Shown here: piece by piece, positions 27,548 through 40,996 of the stretch
Numbering within the stretch: the first letter of the stretch is position 1
Layout of the letters: each line of letters opens with the position of its first letter
Source: Eledone cirrhosa
Taxonomy: Eukaryota
Length of the DNA stretch: 64,000 bases
Assembly: GCA_964016885.1 (NCBI GenBank)
Contig: OZ024740.1
Span: forward strand, 249,736,001 to 249,800,000
Reading direction: 5' to 3'
The notes under the pieces: model-generated
Told to the model about the DNA's origin: nothing
What the model saw: the letters and a program-made list of their open reading frames with translations, nothing else
The model's database searches: none
Position numbers and translations under genes: made by a program

Positions 27548-30500
27548 TATATATATATAAATGCAAGTTTACGATTCTGCGTGTCCGCCTAAAACTAGCA
27601 AACTACCGGACCAAACTCCTCAAAATTACATGTACATATTCACTATACATTCGGACAGGTAACGGTCGAAAAAGTTTTACTTTGCAAAGCAAGAAATTCA
27701 TTTAAATTCAATTTATCTTATTTTCTAATGAATAGCAAAAGAGATCATCCATTTTGTTTTTTTATGTTCTCCAGTTTGTAGATAAGAGAGTAAGGAATGG
27801 GAGAGAGAAAGAAATAGAGTAAGAGATAAGAGAGAAAGAGAGAGAGAGTGGGAGATGGAAGAGATTGTAAGGGGATGAGAGAGAAAGAGAGAGAGTGAGT
27901 GGATGGGAGAGAGAGAGAGAGAGTAAGGGGATGTGAGAGAGAAAGAAAGAGAGTAAGGGATGAGAGAGAGAGAGTGGGAGATGGGAGAGAGAAAGTAAGG
28001 GGATGAGAGAGAAAGACGATGAAAGAGAGAGAGAGAGAAAGTAACCAGCGTTCTTAACTTTTATTTATTTATTATTTTTACACACTTTTTAACTCTCCCG
28101 CTTCCTTAACGTTATTTATCTTTTCTTTATTTTTTGTTCTCTATTCCGTAGAGAGAGGGGGGATGTGAGAGAGAAAAGAGAGAGAGAGAGTAATGGATGG
28201 GAGAGAGAGGGGGAAAGTAGCAAGCGTTCATTAACTTTTATTTATTTATTATTTTTACACACTTTTAACTCTCCAATGTTATTTATATTTTATTTATTTT
28301 TTGTTCGTTATTTTGTAAGGATGAGAGAGAGAAAAAAAGAGAGGAGATGAGAAAGAGAAAGGGAGTGAGGCGGATGGGGAGAAAAAGACAATAAGAAAAG
28401 AGAAAAGATGGGAGAGAGAAAAAAGTAAAGAGGCAGGAGAGAGGGAGGGTGATTGGAGGGATTCTTTACCTAACTTGTGTCTGCGTTTATATATATATAT
28501 TTACACACACATATGTGTGTTATGGGAAAGGAAGCGTTCTTTAGTAGACTATATATGTTACCATCAAAGCTTATTTTCTATATATGTCTAAAGAAATCAC
28601 AGATGCTTTTATAGAAGTTGTATATATGTGTTTTTAACAGACAAAAAAAAACCGGTATTTTTAAAAGATATTATTTGAATATATTATTTTCCGCTATTAT
28701 TTGAATTAACACAGAAAATATTTTTTTGTAATGTTTGTCGTTTTTGTGGATACAATCTGAAATCTCAATATTTTCTACATATGTCTAAAATTAATTACAC
28801 CTAATATACATTCATATAAAGAGATCATTTAAAACAACTTTACTGAGTGAACAATACATTCTATAGTTGTTTCTATTTGGGAAAGAGTGTGGTGTGTAAT
28901 AATTGTTTCTACTTTTGGCACAAGGCTAGCAATTATTCCAGTGCATTACTGGTACTTTATTTTATCGTGTGGTGTGTAATAATTGTTTCTACGTTAGGCA
29001 CAAGGCCAGCAATTACCCAGTGTATTACTGGTACTTTATTTTATCGACCCCGTAAGGATGAAAGGCAAAGTTAACCTCGGCGGGATTTGAACTCAGAATG
29101 GCAAGGGCCATTGTGGTGTGTAATAATATCACTTCAAATGCCTAAAAAACGTTCCAGATCATTATATGGAAGGTCATCTTCAGAGGCTAAGAGAAAGAAA
29201 ACACGGCGATCTGAAGAAAGTGAAGAAGTTCGGCATGCCCGTCTAGCTGCTAACAGAGCCCAAACAGCTTTAGCACGAGCACACCATTTGGATGAAAGGG
29301 AACAAAGGACTGCTGCTACACGAGAACAACAAATTAAAGAACAGCAGCAAATCAGACAAAATGCTAATCAAGCACATCGTTTCTACTGCCCGAGCAGGAG
29401 AACAAGCCACAAGTAAAATGAACTGGCTGATGGGTGCTTTTTCTTATGACCCCCAAAAGGACTACAGCAATAATCCACAAATCAACATTGGGAAAATGAA
29501 CAAATGCTGCCAGTATTGTGGTGCCAAGAAGTGGGCAGCAGAAACACCAAGTCTATGCTGCTCAAAACAATACAAGAACCTCCTGAATTTCTGAAGAATC
29601 TGCTCCTTCAGCATACACCAGAAGCACGACACTTCAATAAATACATCATAAAATATAATTCTGCCTTTCAAATGACATCTTTTGGGGCTGATCGGAACGT
29701 GATTGACTTTAGATTCTGTACAACTTATAAAATTCAGGGACAGCGTTACCACTTAATGGATGGCCTTCTGCCACTTTCACAGGAGCCTCACAAATTTGTG
29801 CAGGTTTACTTCATGGGTGGAAATGAAACACAGGCACAACAAAGATGTATCAATGTCCATGGTGGATTGCAGTTCTACATAGTCATAAAGTTACAAGAAA
29901 TGCTTCACCAACATCACATGTATGTCAATGTATTTAAATATGCACTGGAGCATATGAACAAAACCAGAGATCATAAAATCATCATTAGGGCAGACAAACG
30001 CCCAGATTCAGAACTTGAACGCAGATTCAATGCACCTGTCACTGATGAAGTTGCAATCATAATGGTTGATGAACAGCATGAATGGTGTGACATTGTTTTG
30101 CAAAAACAAAGTGGACATTTGGAGCGAATTTGTGAAACTCATAGAGCCTATGATTCACTCCAATATCCGCTCATCTTTTGGAATGGTCAAGATGGATATC
30201 ATTTTCAGCTACGGCAGATCAGCCCAGGAATGGGACAAGAAACTGGCTGATCAATCAGCTGCAAAGAATTCTATGCTTATCATTTCATGGTACATGATCA
30301 CTTCAACCAAGTTCTGCGATTCAAAGAAGTAACCAGCCAGTTCATGGTGGACATGTATGCCAAAATTGAAACAGAAAGGAATCAAACTAAGTTGAGGGCA
30401 GATAACTCCATCCACCTTAGAGATGCCATCAATTCTGATGTTGACCCAAGAAATATTGGCCAGCCAGTCATACTACCATCAAGCTTCACGGGAGGACCAC

Positions 30501-33500
30501 GTTACATGCATGAACGTACGCAAGATGCAATGGCCTATGTCAGAAAATTTGGTCGGCCAGATCTCTTCATTACATTTACATGCAATTCAAACTGGTCAGA
30601 AATATCAAATGAATTATTTCAAAATCAAAAACCAAAGGATCGACATGACCTCATTGCTTGGGTTTTCCATGAAAAACAAAAAAAAAAATTCATCTGGCTC
30701 CTAAAAGAAGGAAGAATCTTTGGTGAGCTTAGTGCTTGGATGACCACTATTGAGTGGCAGAAGAGAGGTCTTCCTCACTCTCACACACTAATCTGGTGCA
30801 AGGAGAAGATAAGACCAGATGATGTTGATAAGATCATTTCAGCAGAGTTGCCTGATAAAGGTGGTGATCCAGAGCTCTTTGAAACCATCAAGTCCAAACT
30901 CATTCATGGTCCCTGCATGAAAGATAAAAAATGCAGCATACATTATCCTAGAGCTTTTATTCGGGAAACTCGGGCTGACAATAATGGATACCCCCTTTAT
31001 CGTAGGCGTAGACCAGAACATGGAGGCAATACTGCAAGCCTAACAGTTCGAGGAGAGGAGCTGCTGACCATAAACAATCAGTGGGTCGTCCCACACAACA
31101 AATTGTTGTGTAAACTTTTAAAAGCTCATATCAATGTTGAGTATTGCAGCTCCGTCAAGGCAATCCTATATGTCACAAAATATATCAACAAGGGCAGTGA
31201 CATGGCTATCTTTATTACTGACAAAGAACTCAATAATGGTGGGCTGGATGAGGTCAAACGGTATCAAACAGGTCGATACATCTCCAGCAATGAGGCTATC
31301 TGGCGAATCTTTGGATTTGATATCCACCAACGCCACCCAACAGTGGTCAACCTCGCAGTCCATCTGGAAGATGGACAGAGAGTGTACTTCACTGAGATCA
31401 CTGCTCATCAGTTGACACAAGCATCACATGACACTACACTAACTGCTTTCTTTAAACTCTGCCAGAATGATGAATTTGCTCGATCCCTCCTAAATACTGA
31501 AGTCCCAACATATTACACCTGGACCAATTGCAAGACCTGGAATCGAAGAAAGCAGGGTCATTTAGTGGAAGGTCATGAAGTCAAGTTAAGTGATGCTATT
31601 GGGCAAGTTTACAATGTCCATTCCAACAACAGAGAATGTTTTTATTTACGGCTACTTCTATGCAGAAGTAGCTGTTCGAGGACCAACCTCATTTGAGGAT
31701 TTTAGGTGCTTCAGAGGAAGGGAGTGCGCAACATACCAAGAAGCATGTAAATAACATGGACTCCTGCATGACAATGGACACTGGAAGAAGTGCCTCGAAG
31801 AAGCAGCAATCACTCAAGCAGCCAGTCAAATAAGACAATTATTTGCTATTATGCTCACAGCATATGGAATTGATGAAGCTCATTTACTCTGGCAGGAGTA
31901 CAAAAACAATATGTCGGACGACTATCTACACCTCGCCCAAAGACATCATGGCAATATGTATATGGAATATACCCCCAGGATTTACAATCAAGCTCTCTGT
32001 GACCTGTCCCATCGAGTTCAGGCAATGAATAGCACATTAGCTAACTGCGGGATGCCAGAGCCAGATGAAGAAATGGAGGTAGCACAAGACATTTTTCAGG
32101 AGACAAACTATGATATTCATGCATTGCGTAAGTTTGTGGATGAAAATGAACCTCGATTGATGGATGACCAGAAATATACCTACCACAACATCATCGAAAA
32201 CATTCAAAATGACAGGGGAGGACTTTTCTTCATCGATGCTCCTGCTGGCACAGGCAAGACATTCCTCATAAACCTCCTGCTTGCAAAAGTTCGCCAAAAG
32301 CAACATATTGCCCTTGCTGTGGCTTCAAGTGGCATTGCAGCAACACTTCTGGATGGAGGAAGAACTGCATACTCCATGTTTAAGCTGCCCATAGATCTCA
32401 CACGGCATGAACAATCTTTTTGCAACATCAAGAAGAACTCACCCAAGGGCAAGCTTCTGCAAACATGCAAGATGATAATTTGGGATGAAGCTACTATGAG
32501 CCATAAAGGAGCAATTGAAGCTTTGGACCAGACGATAAGGGATCTGAGAGAAAATAGTTGCATAATGGGTGGAGTGACAATGGTTCTTGCTGGTGATTTC
32601 AGACAAACTCTGCCTGTAATTCTTCGAGGGACTCGAGCTGATCAGGTCAATACCTGTCTGAAAACATCCTATCTCTGGCCCCACTTTCATGAGCCTTACA
32701 ACCAACATGCGAGTGCACTTAACTGGTGACGAAGGTGTCAGTGAGTTTGCCATCCAACTACTTAAATTGGGAAATGGACTTCTTGAAAAGGACTCCAATG
32801 ACCATATTCAGTTGTCATTTGGCCATATCATTGACACAGAACAAGAACTGATTGCCAGAGTGTTTCCAAACATTCAGACCAGGCAATGCGATCCGAAATG
32901 GCTCTGTGAACGAGCAATCTTAGCACCTAAAAATGTTGCTGTGAAAGAAATCAACAGAAGGCTGCTGGAGATATTACCGGGAGAGAAAATATGCTACAAA
33001 TCAGTTGACACAATCACTTCTCAAGACCAGGTTGTAAACTATCCAACTGAATTTTTGAACAGTCTTGAACAAGTGGGAATTCCTCCACACAACCTGATAC
33101 TGAAGCTTGGAGCATCGGTTATGCTACTCCTCCAAAACTTTGTAATGGCACAAGACTCATCATCAAAAATATGATGTCCAATGTTCTAGAAGTTGCAATC
33201 ATGTCAGGAAAATTTGCTGGTGACAATTGTTTCATTCCCAGAACACCTCTGAAGCCAACTGATTTGCCATTTGAATTTCAAAGACTTCAATTTCCGATCA
33301 GGCTCAGTTTTGCCATGACCATTAATAAATCTCAAGGGCAATCATTGAAAGTCGTTGGGTTGAATCTGGCAGATCCTGTCTTTTCACATGGTCAACTCTA
33401 TGTTGGCACAACAAGGGTTGGGAACCCTGATTGTCTCTTCATTGAGGCACCACAGGGCAAAACCAAGAAGGTTGTTTATCCAGAGGCTTTGGAATGAGCA

Positions 33501-34454
33501 ATGTTGTAATTCCTCATTCAATGACAATACACACAGATCCTAATTCCTTAGTCATGTAGTTTGCAAGGAATTCTGAAGCCGCAAATTTACTGCATGGTGT
33601 TACTTTGGAAGAATATGCAGGCATTTCCGGGTACCTCTGCTATATAAAGTAATATAAGTGAGGACTTTGTTGGGTAGAAATAGCAGCCAAATTTCCTTCA
33701 AATCCCACCTTACTTTCTCAGGTATGTATATATAAGGAATGGTTCTATATGATAACTCGATCTACTAGAAATATTAACAAAATCCATTTCAAATCACAAA
33801 CAACTGTCTTACACACATACATGTGTGTGTATGTATCAATGTATGTCATGTGAGCCACTATAACTGTTGGTATAGCTAATAGAAATAAAAAAAAATCTAC
33901 CTCAAACAAGATCCTAGTGCCATAGAGGCAAAGATTGGTGAAAGGTACAGTGTACAAATTTAAATACTTTCCCCAAATTACAGAAATGAGTAAGTAAATG
34001 TTTCATTCAATCATAAACCAATGCTAAATATATTTTCTTATTTTATTTATGGTTTTTAAAATAGTCTTTCCATGTTGTTTGAATTTCAGAGGTTCAGATT
34101 GTACAAAAAAAAAATATATATATAAGAAAGAAAAGGATAAATTAAAAAAAATCTCAATGTATTTTTTTGGTCATACCCTTTTCACTGACAACATACCTAA
34201 TGATTCTTCTATGAGTAAAGCATTATATAAGCTGACTGTAATAGGGAGCAGTATTAAAAAAATCACCACTGGAAAAAACTAATATTTTTATCTAGATGAT
34301 TTACTTTGACCAAACGGCAATAAATATTCTGCGATAATTCCTACTTTGGTTAAAATTCAGCAATCATATTTGAATGGTCAAATATTTTGTAATGTGTACC
34401 AAATATATTTTAACTTTCATAAAATACCCGGGTATCACCGGGTAGCTCAGATAG
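27548..34454 (+). mobile_element. Helitron, near full length, decayed
   Basis: Rep + Pif1 helicase inside; 3' hairpin tacccgg-gtatca-ccgggta (34425-34444) then ATAG|T (CTAG variant); 5' boundary approximate. Confidence 0.85.
29138..33497 (+). pseudogene. Helitron Rep-helicase (RepHel), frameshifted
   Basis: CQYCGAKKW..CC; PSSFTGGPRYM, FITFTCN, IEWQKRGLPHSH, YVTKYINK; DAPAGTGKTF, IIWDE, GDFRQ, FAMTINKSQGQ, FSHGQLYV. Confidence 0.95.
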
Positions 34455-34482
34455 TATATATATATGTATATATATATATATG

Positions 34483-34817
34483 AAGGCGTATGGCTTAGTG
34501 GTTAGAGCATTGGCCTTGCAATAGAAAGGTTGTGAGTTCAATTCTCAGACCGGGTGATGTATTGTTTCCTTGAGCAAGACACTTTATTTCACATTGCTCC
34601 AGTTTACTCAGCTGTAGAAATGAGATGACAGGGACTGGGGTCCATATCATTCCACTGCAAAGTGGACGTGTAGGCGCCACGGAAAAAAAGCACCCAGCAC
34701 TCACTGTAAATGAGGTTGGTGTTAGGAAGGGCATCCAGCTGTAGAAATCAAGCCAGAATCAGTTCCCGTCCCACCCTTGCAAGCAGGGAAAAAGCGAACG
34801 TAAAATGAAATGATGAT

Positions 34818-34819
<2 letters not shown>
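34483..34819 (+). mobile_element. tRNA-derived SINE with RTE-derived 3' tail
   Basis: Box A TGGCTTAGTGG, box B GAGTTCAATTC, ccttgagcaagacactt central domain; tail nearly identical to RTE 3' end 52480-52590. Confidence 0.85.
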
Positions 34820-34876
<57 letters not shown>

Positions 34877-34884
<8 letters not shown>

Positions 34885-36205
34885 CGTAAAATAAGAAAAT
34901 TATAAAATTAACTTACTTACTAAAAAATCACTTCCAACTAATTAGTTTCTGGAATGGAGTAAATATATTTTCCGAAGAAACATATTGAAAATCATTCCGT
35001 CATCAGGAAAGTCTTTTTCCGTGTAAGTCTCCAGGCATAGCGAGGACTCTGGAAACTTATTAAAAAAATAATTCAGTGGAAAGGAAATAGCGAAGCGTGG
35101 ACTGGATTCCTAGCCATTGAGAAAATCACTGCCTCTACGTCTGTGGCAAATTCAAAAAGAATCAATCACGTGACATCGAGGTCAATCAGTGGAAAGCGAG
35201 TGGTTAATAAGACAGCGGCCAGCCTACTACCATAGTAGCAGTCATGGCCAAATATTGCTCGACAAATGAATTGGAGATAATTATCAAAAAGAATTTGCCA
35301 CAGACGTAGAGGCAGTGATTTTCTCAATGGCTAGGAATCCAGTCCACGCTTCGCTATTTCCTTTCCACTGAATTATTTTTTTAATAAGTTTCCAGAGTCC
35401 TCGCTATGCCTGGAGAATTACACGGAAAAAGACTTTCCTGATGACGGAATGATTTTCAATATATTTCTTCGGAAAATATATTTACTCCATTCCAGAAACT
35501 AATTAGTTGGAAGTGATTTTTTAGTAAGTAAGTTAATTTTATAATTTTCTTATTTTACGTCTCTCATATTATTGTTCTGCAACCCCATGCATTGAACCAC
35601 AATGTTAATAAGACAAAACCTATATATTTGCTAGCATTGATATGCATCTGTGTGTATATAAATGTTACTAGATATAAATTCCTTATAATTATCTCCAATT
35701 CATTTGTCGAGCAATATTTGGCCATGACTGCTACTATAGTAGTAGGCTGGCCGCTGTCTTATTAACCACTCGCTTTCCACTGATTGACCTCGATGTCACG
35801 TGATTGATTCTTTTTGAATTTGCCACAGACGTAGAGGCAGTGATTTTCTCAATGGCTAGGAATCCAGTCCACGCTTCGCTATTTCCTTTCCACTGAATTA
35901 TTTTTTTAATAAGTTTCCAGAGTCCTCGCTATGCCTGGAGACTTACACGGAAAAAGACTTTCCTGATGACGGAATGATTTTCAATATGTTTCTTCGGAAA
36001 ATATATTTACTCCATTCCAGAAACTAATTAGTTGGAAGTGATTCTTTAGTAAGTAAGTTAATTTTATAATTTTCTTATTTTACGTCTCTCATATTATTGT
36101 TCTGCAACCCCATGCATTGAACCACAATGTTAATAAGACAAAACCTATATATTTGCTAGCATTGATATGCATCTGTGTGTATATAAATGTTACTAGATAT
36201 AAATT

Positions 36206-36208
<3 letters not shown>
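34877..36208 (+). mobile_element. ORF-less retrozyme-like element (family B): inverted copy + tandem 525-nt units, three HHRs
   Basis: HHRs 34930-35012 (-), 35432-35514 (+), 35957-36039 (+): actttc CTGATGA c-ggaatg..cUUCGg..cattcc-a GAAA ctaattag TT ggaagt; (TA)n on both sides. Confidence 0.9.
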
Positions 36209-36281
<73 letters not shown>

Positions 36282-36846
36282 ATGTATAAATATGTGTGTG
36301 CGTGTGTACATATGTGTATGTATGTGTGTCTGTGTGTGTGTATACATGTATGTGTGCATATGTGTATCTATCTATCTATATGTGTGTGTGTGTGTGTGAA
36401 TATTTGTGTACATGTGCGTATATATATATAGAGAGAGAGAGATGGGTGTGCACGGGTATTTTTGTAGATGTACACATGGACGTGTGGATATATATGTCCG
36501 TGTCGATATATGTGTGTGTATGTGTATGTGTCTGTATGTAGGCGTGTATATGTATATGTGTGTGTGTGTATATATATGTATATATATGTATATTTATGTG
36601 TGGAGATATCGGTGGTATACGAACATTAAATCTAGCAGTAAATGGCAGGCCAACGACCTCCCATGCCTGAACGCACATGACAGCTTGACCGGAGGACAGA
36701 CAGCCGCCACCCCGAGGATAGACTGATGATGATGGAATATTTGAACCAATGAACGGGCGTAAAACAGCGTCATGCTAATATGTGCTGTAGATAGCTAATA
36801 GCTGAAGATTTGAACACACAGAAACGGAGACAAACTCATATACTAA

Positions 36847-36938
36847 GCATATCTGATGACCTTTCGATTACTGAGTCAGGTTCTATCTATAATAGGTCTT
36901 GCCTCGAGCTGATCGATAGCGAAACATATGTAATATGT
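36847..36938 (+). ncRNA. Hammerhead ribozyme (family C)
   Basis: gcatat CTGATGA ..tcgat..atcga.. GAAA catatg TA atatgt; decayed relative at ~37605-37695. Confidence 0.82.
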
Positions 36939-36952
36939 TATTAAATATGTTA

Positions 36953-37021
<69 letters not shown>

Positions 37022-37795
37022 AAGAGCCTATGTAGCCGGTCCCGATAAAATAGACTCCCAGGATATTTAGCCGGCAAGAGTGTCAGATACCATGAGTTGT
37101 GGCCTGAGTTAAGACAATTTGGAATCTTTCCCACCATCAATTGTTAAAAAAGCAAGTTTAAATTATTTAGTCATCATCTTATAATTCTGCTTGTGTTTTG
37201 TACATTCGTAACGTACGTTACGCTTTAGTTACATACACACATATCTACTGAGTTCTCTGGCTGTTTAGCCGGTAAGAGTGTCAGACACCATGAGCTGCGT
37301 AGCCTATTCCTATATATATATATGCAGAGACCTGCCACATCCACACCCACACCCAGCACCTTAGCCTCACCACATACATGCCACAATGTCTATGAAACAG
37401 CCAAAACACCACATGCACCGCAACTCACACCACCGCACCCCACCCCCACCTCATCATTATGATCTTCCCCCCACCTATTGCACATGCCAAAACATTCCTC
37501 ATAGCAAAACCACCAATCAAAACAAACATTAACTGACCACCATAAATGAATGTGAATCATTACATTTCTAAGCCCTACAGGTTCATTCTGTCATTATCAC
37601 AGCAGAGGTTCTGGTAAGCTTTTGATTCCAGAGTCGGGCTAGATCGATACAGATCAAACCTTGAGCTGATCAATAGCAAAACTCGTGTCACTACTCAATA
37701 AACGTAATGAAGACTTACCAAATCGTCCTTTTATTATTATTATATTTACACTCTGTTTAGTTCTACATCTCGTTACAGACGTGAAACTACGCATC

Positions 37796-37831
<36 letters not shown>

Positions 37832-38322
37832 ATACTTTGGGAGGGTCATGTTGCCAATAAGAAACACACGCACCAGTTGCTTTCACTTCAATTTAATTTA
37901 ATATATATTTATAAATTTACAAATTTATAAATTTCTGGTTGGTTGGTTGGTTCCACAACCAGATAGTTGTTTATATATATATAGTCATAGTTCTTTCGTC
38001 ACACACTCTGTGACCTCTTCAGTGACTGGGGATTTCTTTCTTCGTTTCTGTGCTTTTCCTTTCTTCTATCCTACGCCATTTTGTTTGTGTGTGGGTTGCG
38101 TGCTCAGTTTGCGCATGCGCCACATCCGGGTGTCTGTGTGTGTTTGTGTTCATTTTTCTATTTTTCTATTTATATTTGTTTGTTTATTTATTTATTTTTG
38201 TTGGTTGGTTGTTTGTTCTATGTGTGTGTGTGTTTTCATTTTGTCTTGTGTGTGTTTTCATTTTGTGTGTGTTTTCAATTGTAAGTTGTTTATATATGTG
38301 TGTGTGTGTTTTCATTTTGTCC

Positions 38323-39621
38323 TTAATTGTAAGTTGTGATGTTGCTGTTCCACTCATATTTTCTATTTAATTTTGGTTTTAATTCTTTTATGCTTACTGC
38401 CTCTGTAATTTGCCTAAACATTGCGTCTTTCTTGTGTGTGGATTCTATTTTTATTTCTATGCTCTCTAATTTACCCCTGTGTTCTATCTTAGCATGTTGG
38501 TAGAGCACAGATGATTCTTTACTATCTTGGAGGTCTCGCCAGTGTTCATTTATTCGTTCCCCTATACTACGAGCTGTCTCACCTATGTACACTATATTTT
38601 TGTTTCTACATTGTCCCTCAGTACATCTTATGCTATATACTACATTTCTAGTTTTACAGTTAATATGGGGGCTTATTTTACAGGTTATACATTTCTTATC
38701 TATACATGAGGGTCTTTGGAACGGGTATGTCTTGCTAATAAGTGTTTTTACGGAGGTACCAGGTCTTTCTACTATCTTAATATTGAGATTATGTTTCTTT
38801 AGGGCCCTTCTAAATTTGTAGGCTAGTTCACCTCTAGGGGTTGTATTGATGAACATTACACTCTGGTATTTATTGCTATCATACCATGAGTTTATTCTAT
38901 TGGCCTTGTTCTTAGTTCTTTCTATTCTATTCCAAAATTTGCTCCTATACAAGGGGCAGGTCCCATTTATGTCATTATTTACCATTTTTTCCCATTTGGT
39001 TCTGGCTCCTTTATACACTCTGATTCTATCTCTCTGATTGTAGCCAGAGAACTGCATACGGTGGATGAAGTGTTGTATGTGTCTCTCTAGTTCTTCGGGG
39101 TTGCACATGCGGGACACATTTCTCATCACCCGTATCAAATCCGCAATCAGTATGTTGATTTTGGTATGGTCCGAAATGGCCGAGTTTCGGTGGATCAGAT
39201 GTTTGGAAGTCATGGGTTTGGCATAATGGGAATGGAGGATTTGTTTTTGGTTGTTAATAGTATCTAACCAGAGCTCTGTGTCTAGTACAGGTAATCGATG
39301 GTTGGGGTGTCTACTTGGGTAGTCTATAGTAACTCTAATGCTCTGGTGGATGGAGTTTGCTATTTGCTGGATGCTTTCCATTGTGTTTTTCTCAGGTTCC
39401 TGACTGTTCTTTAGTGGGGGTGTCTTAACTACGATGTTTATATCATCTACGTAGCGGGAGTACATTATCAGGGTTAATCTGTCTTCTAATTGTTCTTTAA
39501 GTTTTTGTTTAAGTCTACTGTCCCACCATACCATGAACAAGTTAGCTATGTCGCCTGCAATGCTAACACCAATGGCTGCTCCTTCCTCTTGGGCATATGT
39601 TTTACCATTAAATTTGAACAT
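38323..39621 (-). CDS. PLE partial RT + zinc finger + GIY-YIG (left arm)
   Basis: YAQEEGAAIG, RYVDD, LPVLD, CIDKKCITC, NVVYSIRC..YIGETAR..RINEH. Confidence 0.92.
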   Translation of the reverse strand: MFKFNGKTYAQEEGAAIGVSIAGDIANLFMVWWDSRLKQKLKEQLEDRLTLIMYSRYVDDINIVVKTPPLKNSQEPEKNTMESIQQIANSIHQSIRVTIDYPSRHPNHRLPVLDTELWLDTINNQKQILHSHYAKPMTSKHLIHRNSAISDHTKINILIADLIRVMRNVSRMCNPEELERHIQHFIHRMQFSGYNQRDRIRVYKGARTKWEKMVNNDINGTCPLYRSKFWNRIERTKNKANRINSWYDSNKYQSVMFINTTPRGELAYKFRRALKKHNLNIKIVERPGTSVKTLISKTYPFQRPSCIDKKCITCKISPHINCKTRNVVYSIRCTEGQCRNKNIVYIGETARSIGERINEHWRDLQDSKESSVLYQHAKIEHRGKLESIEIKIESTHKKDAMFRQITEAVSIKELKPKLNRKYEWNSNITTYN

Positions 39622-39697
39622 ATGTTCCTTAAGGGTTAATTATGTTATAAAAATTAATTATAAAAATTAATTATAAAAATTAACCCTTAAGGAACAT

Positions 39698-40996
39698 ATG
39701 TTCAAATTTAATGGTAAAACATATGCCCAAGAGGAAGGAGCAGCCATTGGTGTTAGCATTGCAGGCGACATAGCTAACTTGTTCATGGTATGGTGGGACA
39801 GTAGACTTAAACAAAAACTTAAAGAACAATTAGAAGACAGATTAACCCTGATAATGTACTCCCGCTACGTAGATGATATAAACATCGTAGTTAAGACACC
39901 CCCACTAAAGAACAGTCAGGAACCTGAGAAAAACACAATGGAAAGCATCCAGCAAATAGCAAACTCCATCCACCAGAGCATTAGAGTTACTATAGACTAC
40001 CCAAGTAGACACCCCAACCATCGATTACCTGTACTAGACACAGAGCTCTGGTTAGATACTATTAACAACCAAAAACAAATCCTCCATTCCCATTATGCCA
40101 AACCCATGACTTCCAAACATCTGATCCACCGAAACTCGGCCATTTCGGACCATACCAAAATCAACATACTGATTGCGGATTTGATACGGGTGATGAGAAA
40201 TGTGTCCCGCATGTGCAACCCCGAAGAACTAGAGAGACACATACAACACTTCATCCACCGTATGCAGTTCTCTGGCTACAATCAGAGAGATAGAATCAGA
40301 GTGTATAAAGGAGCCAGAACCAAATGGGAAAAAATGGTAAATAATGACATAAATGGGACCTGCCCCTTGTATAGGAGCAAATTTTGGAATAGAATAGAAA
40401 GAACTAAGAACAAGGCCAATAGAATAAACTCATGGTATGATAGCAATAAATACCAGAGTGTAATGTTCATCAATACAACCCCTAGAGGTGAACTAGCCTA
40501 CAAATTTAGAAGGGCCCTAAAGAAACATAATCTCAATATTAAGATAGTAGAAAGACCTGGTACCTCCGTAAAAACACTTATTAGCAAGACATACCCGTTC
40601 CAAAGACCCTCATGTATAGATAAGAAATGTATAACCTGTAAAATAAGCCCCCATATTAACTGTAAAACTAGAAATGTAGTATATAGCATAAGATGTACTG
40701 AGGGACAATGTAGAAACAAAAATATAGTGTACATAGGTGAGACAGCTCGTAGTATAGGGGAACGAATAAATGAACACTGGCGAGACCTCCAAGATAGTAA
40801 AGAATCATCTGTGCTCTACCAACATGCTAAGATAGAACACAGGGGTAAATTAGAGAGCATAGAAATAAAAATAGAATCCACACACAAGAAAGACGCAATG
40901 TTTAGGCAAATTACAGAGGCAGTAAGCATAAAAGAATTAAAACCAAAATTAAATAGAAAATATGAGTGGAACAGCAACATCACAACTTACAATTAA
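39698..40996 (+). CDS. PLE partial RT + zinc finger + GIY-YIG (right arm, identical protein)
   Basis: 432 aa identical to the left arm in the ORF track. Confidence 0.92.
   Translation: MFKFNGKTYAQEEGAAIGVSIAGDIANLFMVWWDSRLKQKLKEQLEDRLTLIMYSRYVDDINIVVKTPPLKNSQEPEKNTMESIQQIANSIHQSIRVTIDYPSRHPNHRLPVLDTELWLDTINNQKQILHSHYAKPMTSKHLIHRNSAISDHTKINILIADLIRVMRNVSRMCNPEELERHIQHFIHRMQFSGYNQRDRIRVYKGARTKWEKMVNNDINGTCPLYRSKFWNRIERTKNKANRINSWYDSNKYQSVMFINTTPRGELAYKFRRALKKHNLNIKIVERPGTSVKTLISKTYPFQRPSCIDKKCITCKISPHINCKTRNVVYSIRCTEGQCRNKNIVYIGETARSIGERINEHWRDLQDSKESSVLYQHAKIEHRGKLESIEIKIESTHKKDAMFRQITEAVSIKELKPKLNRKYEWNSNITTYN

Noticed and set aside
34483-34555. tRNA gene
   Set aside because: Box A/B are present but continue into a SINE body and LINE tail; no clean cloverleaf.
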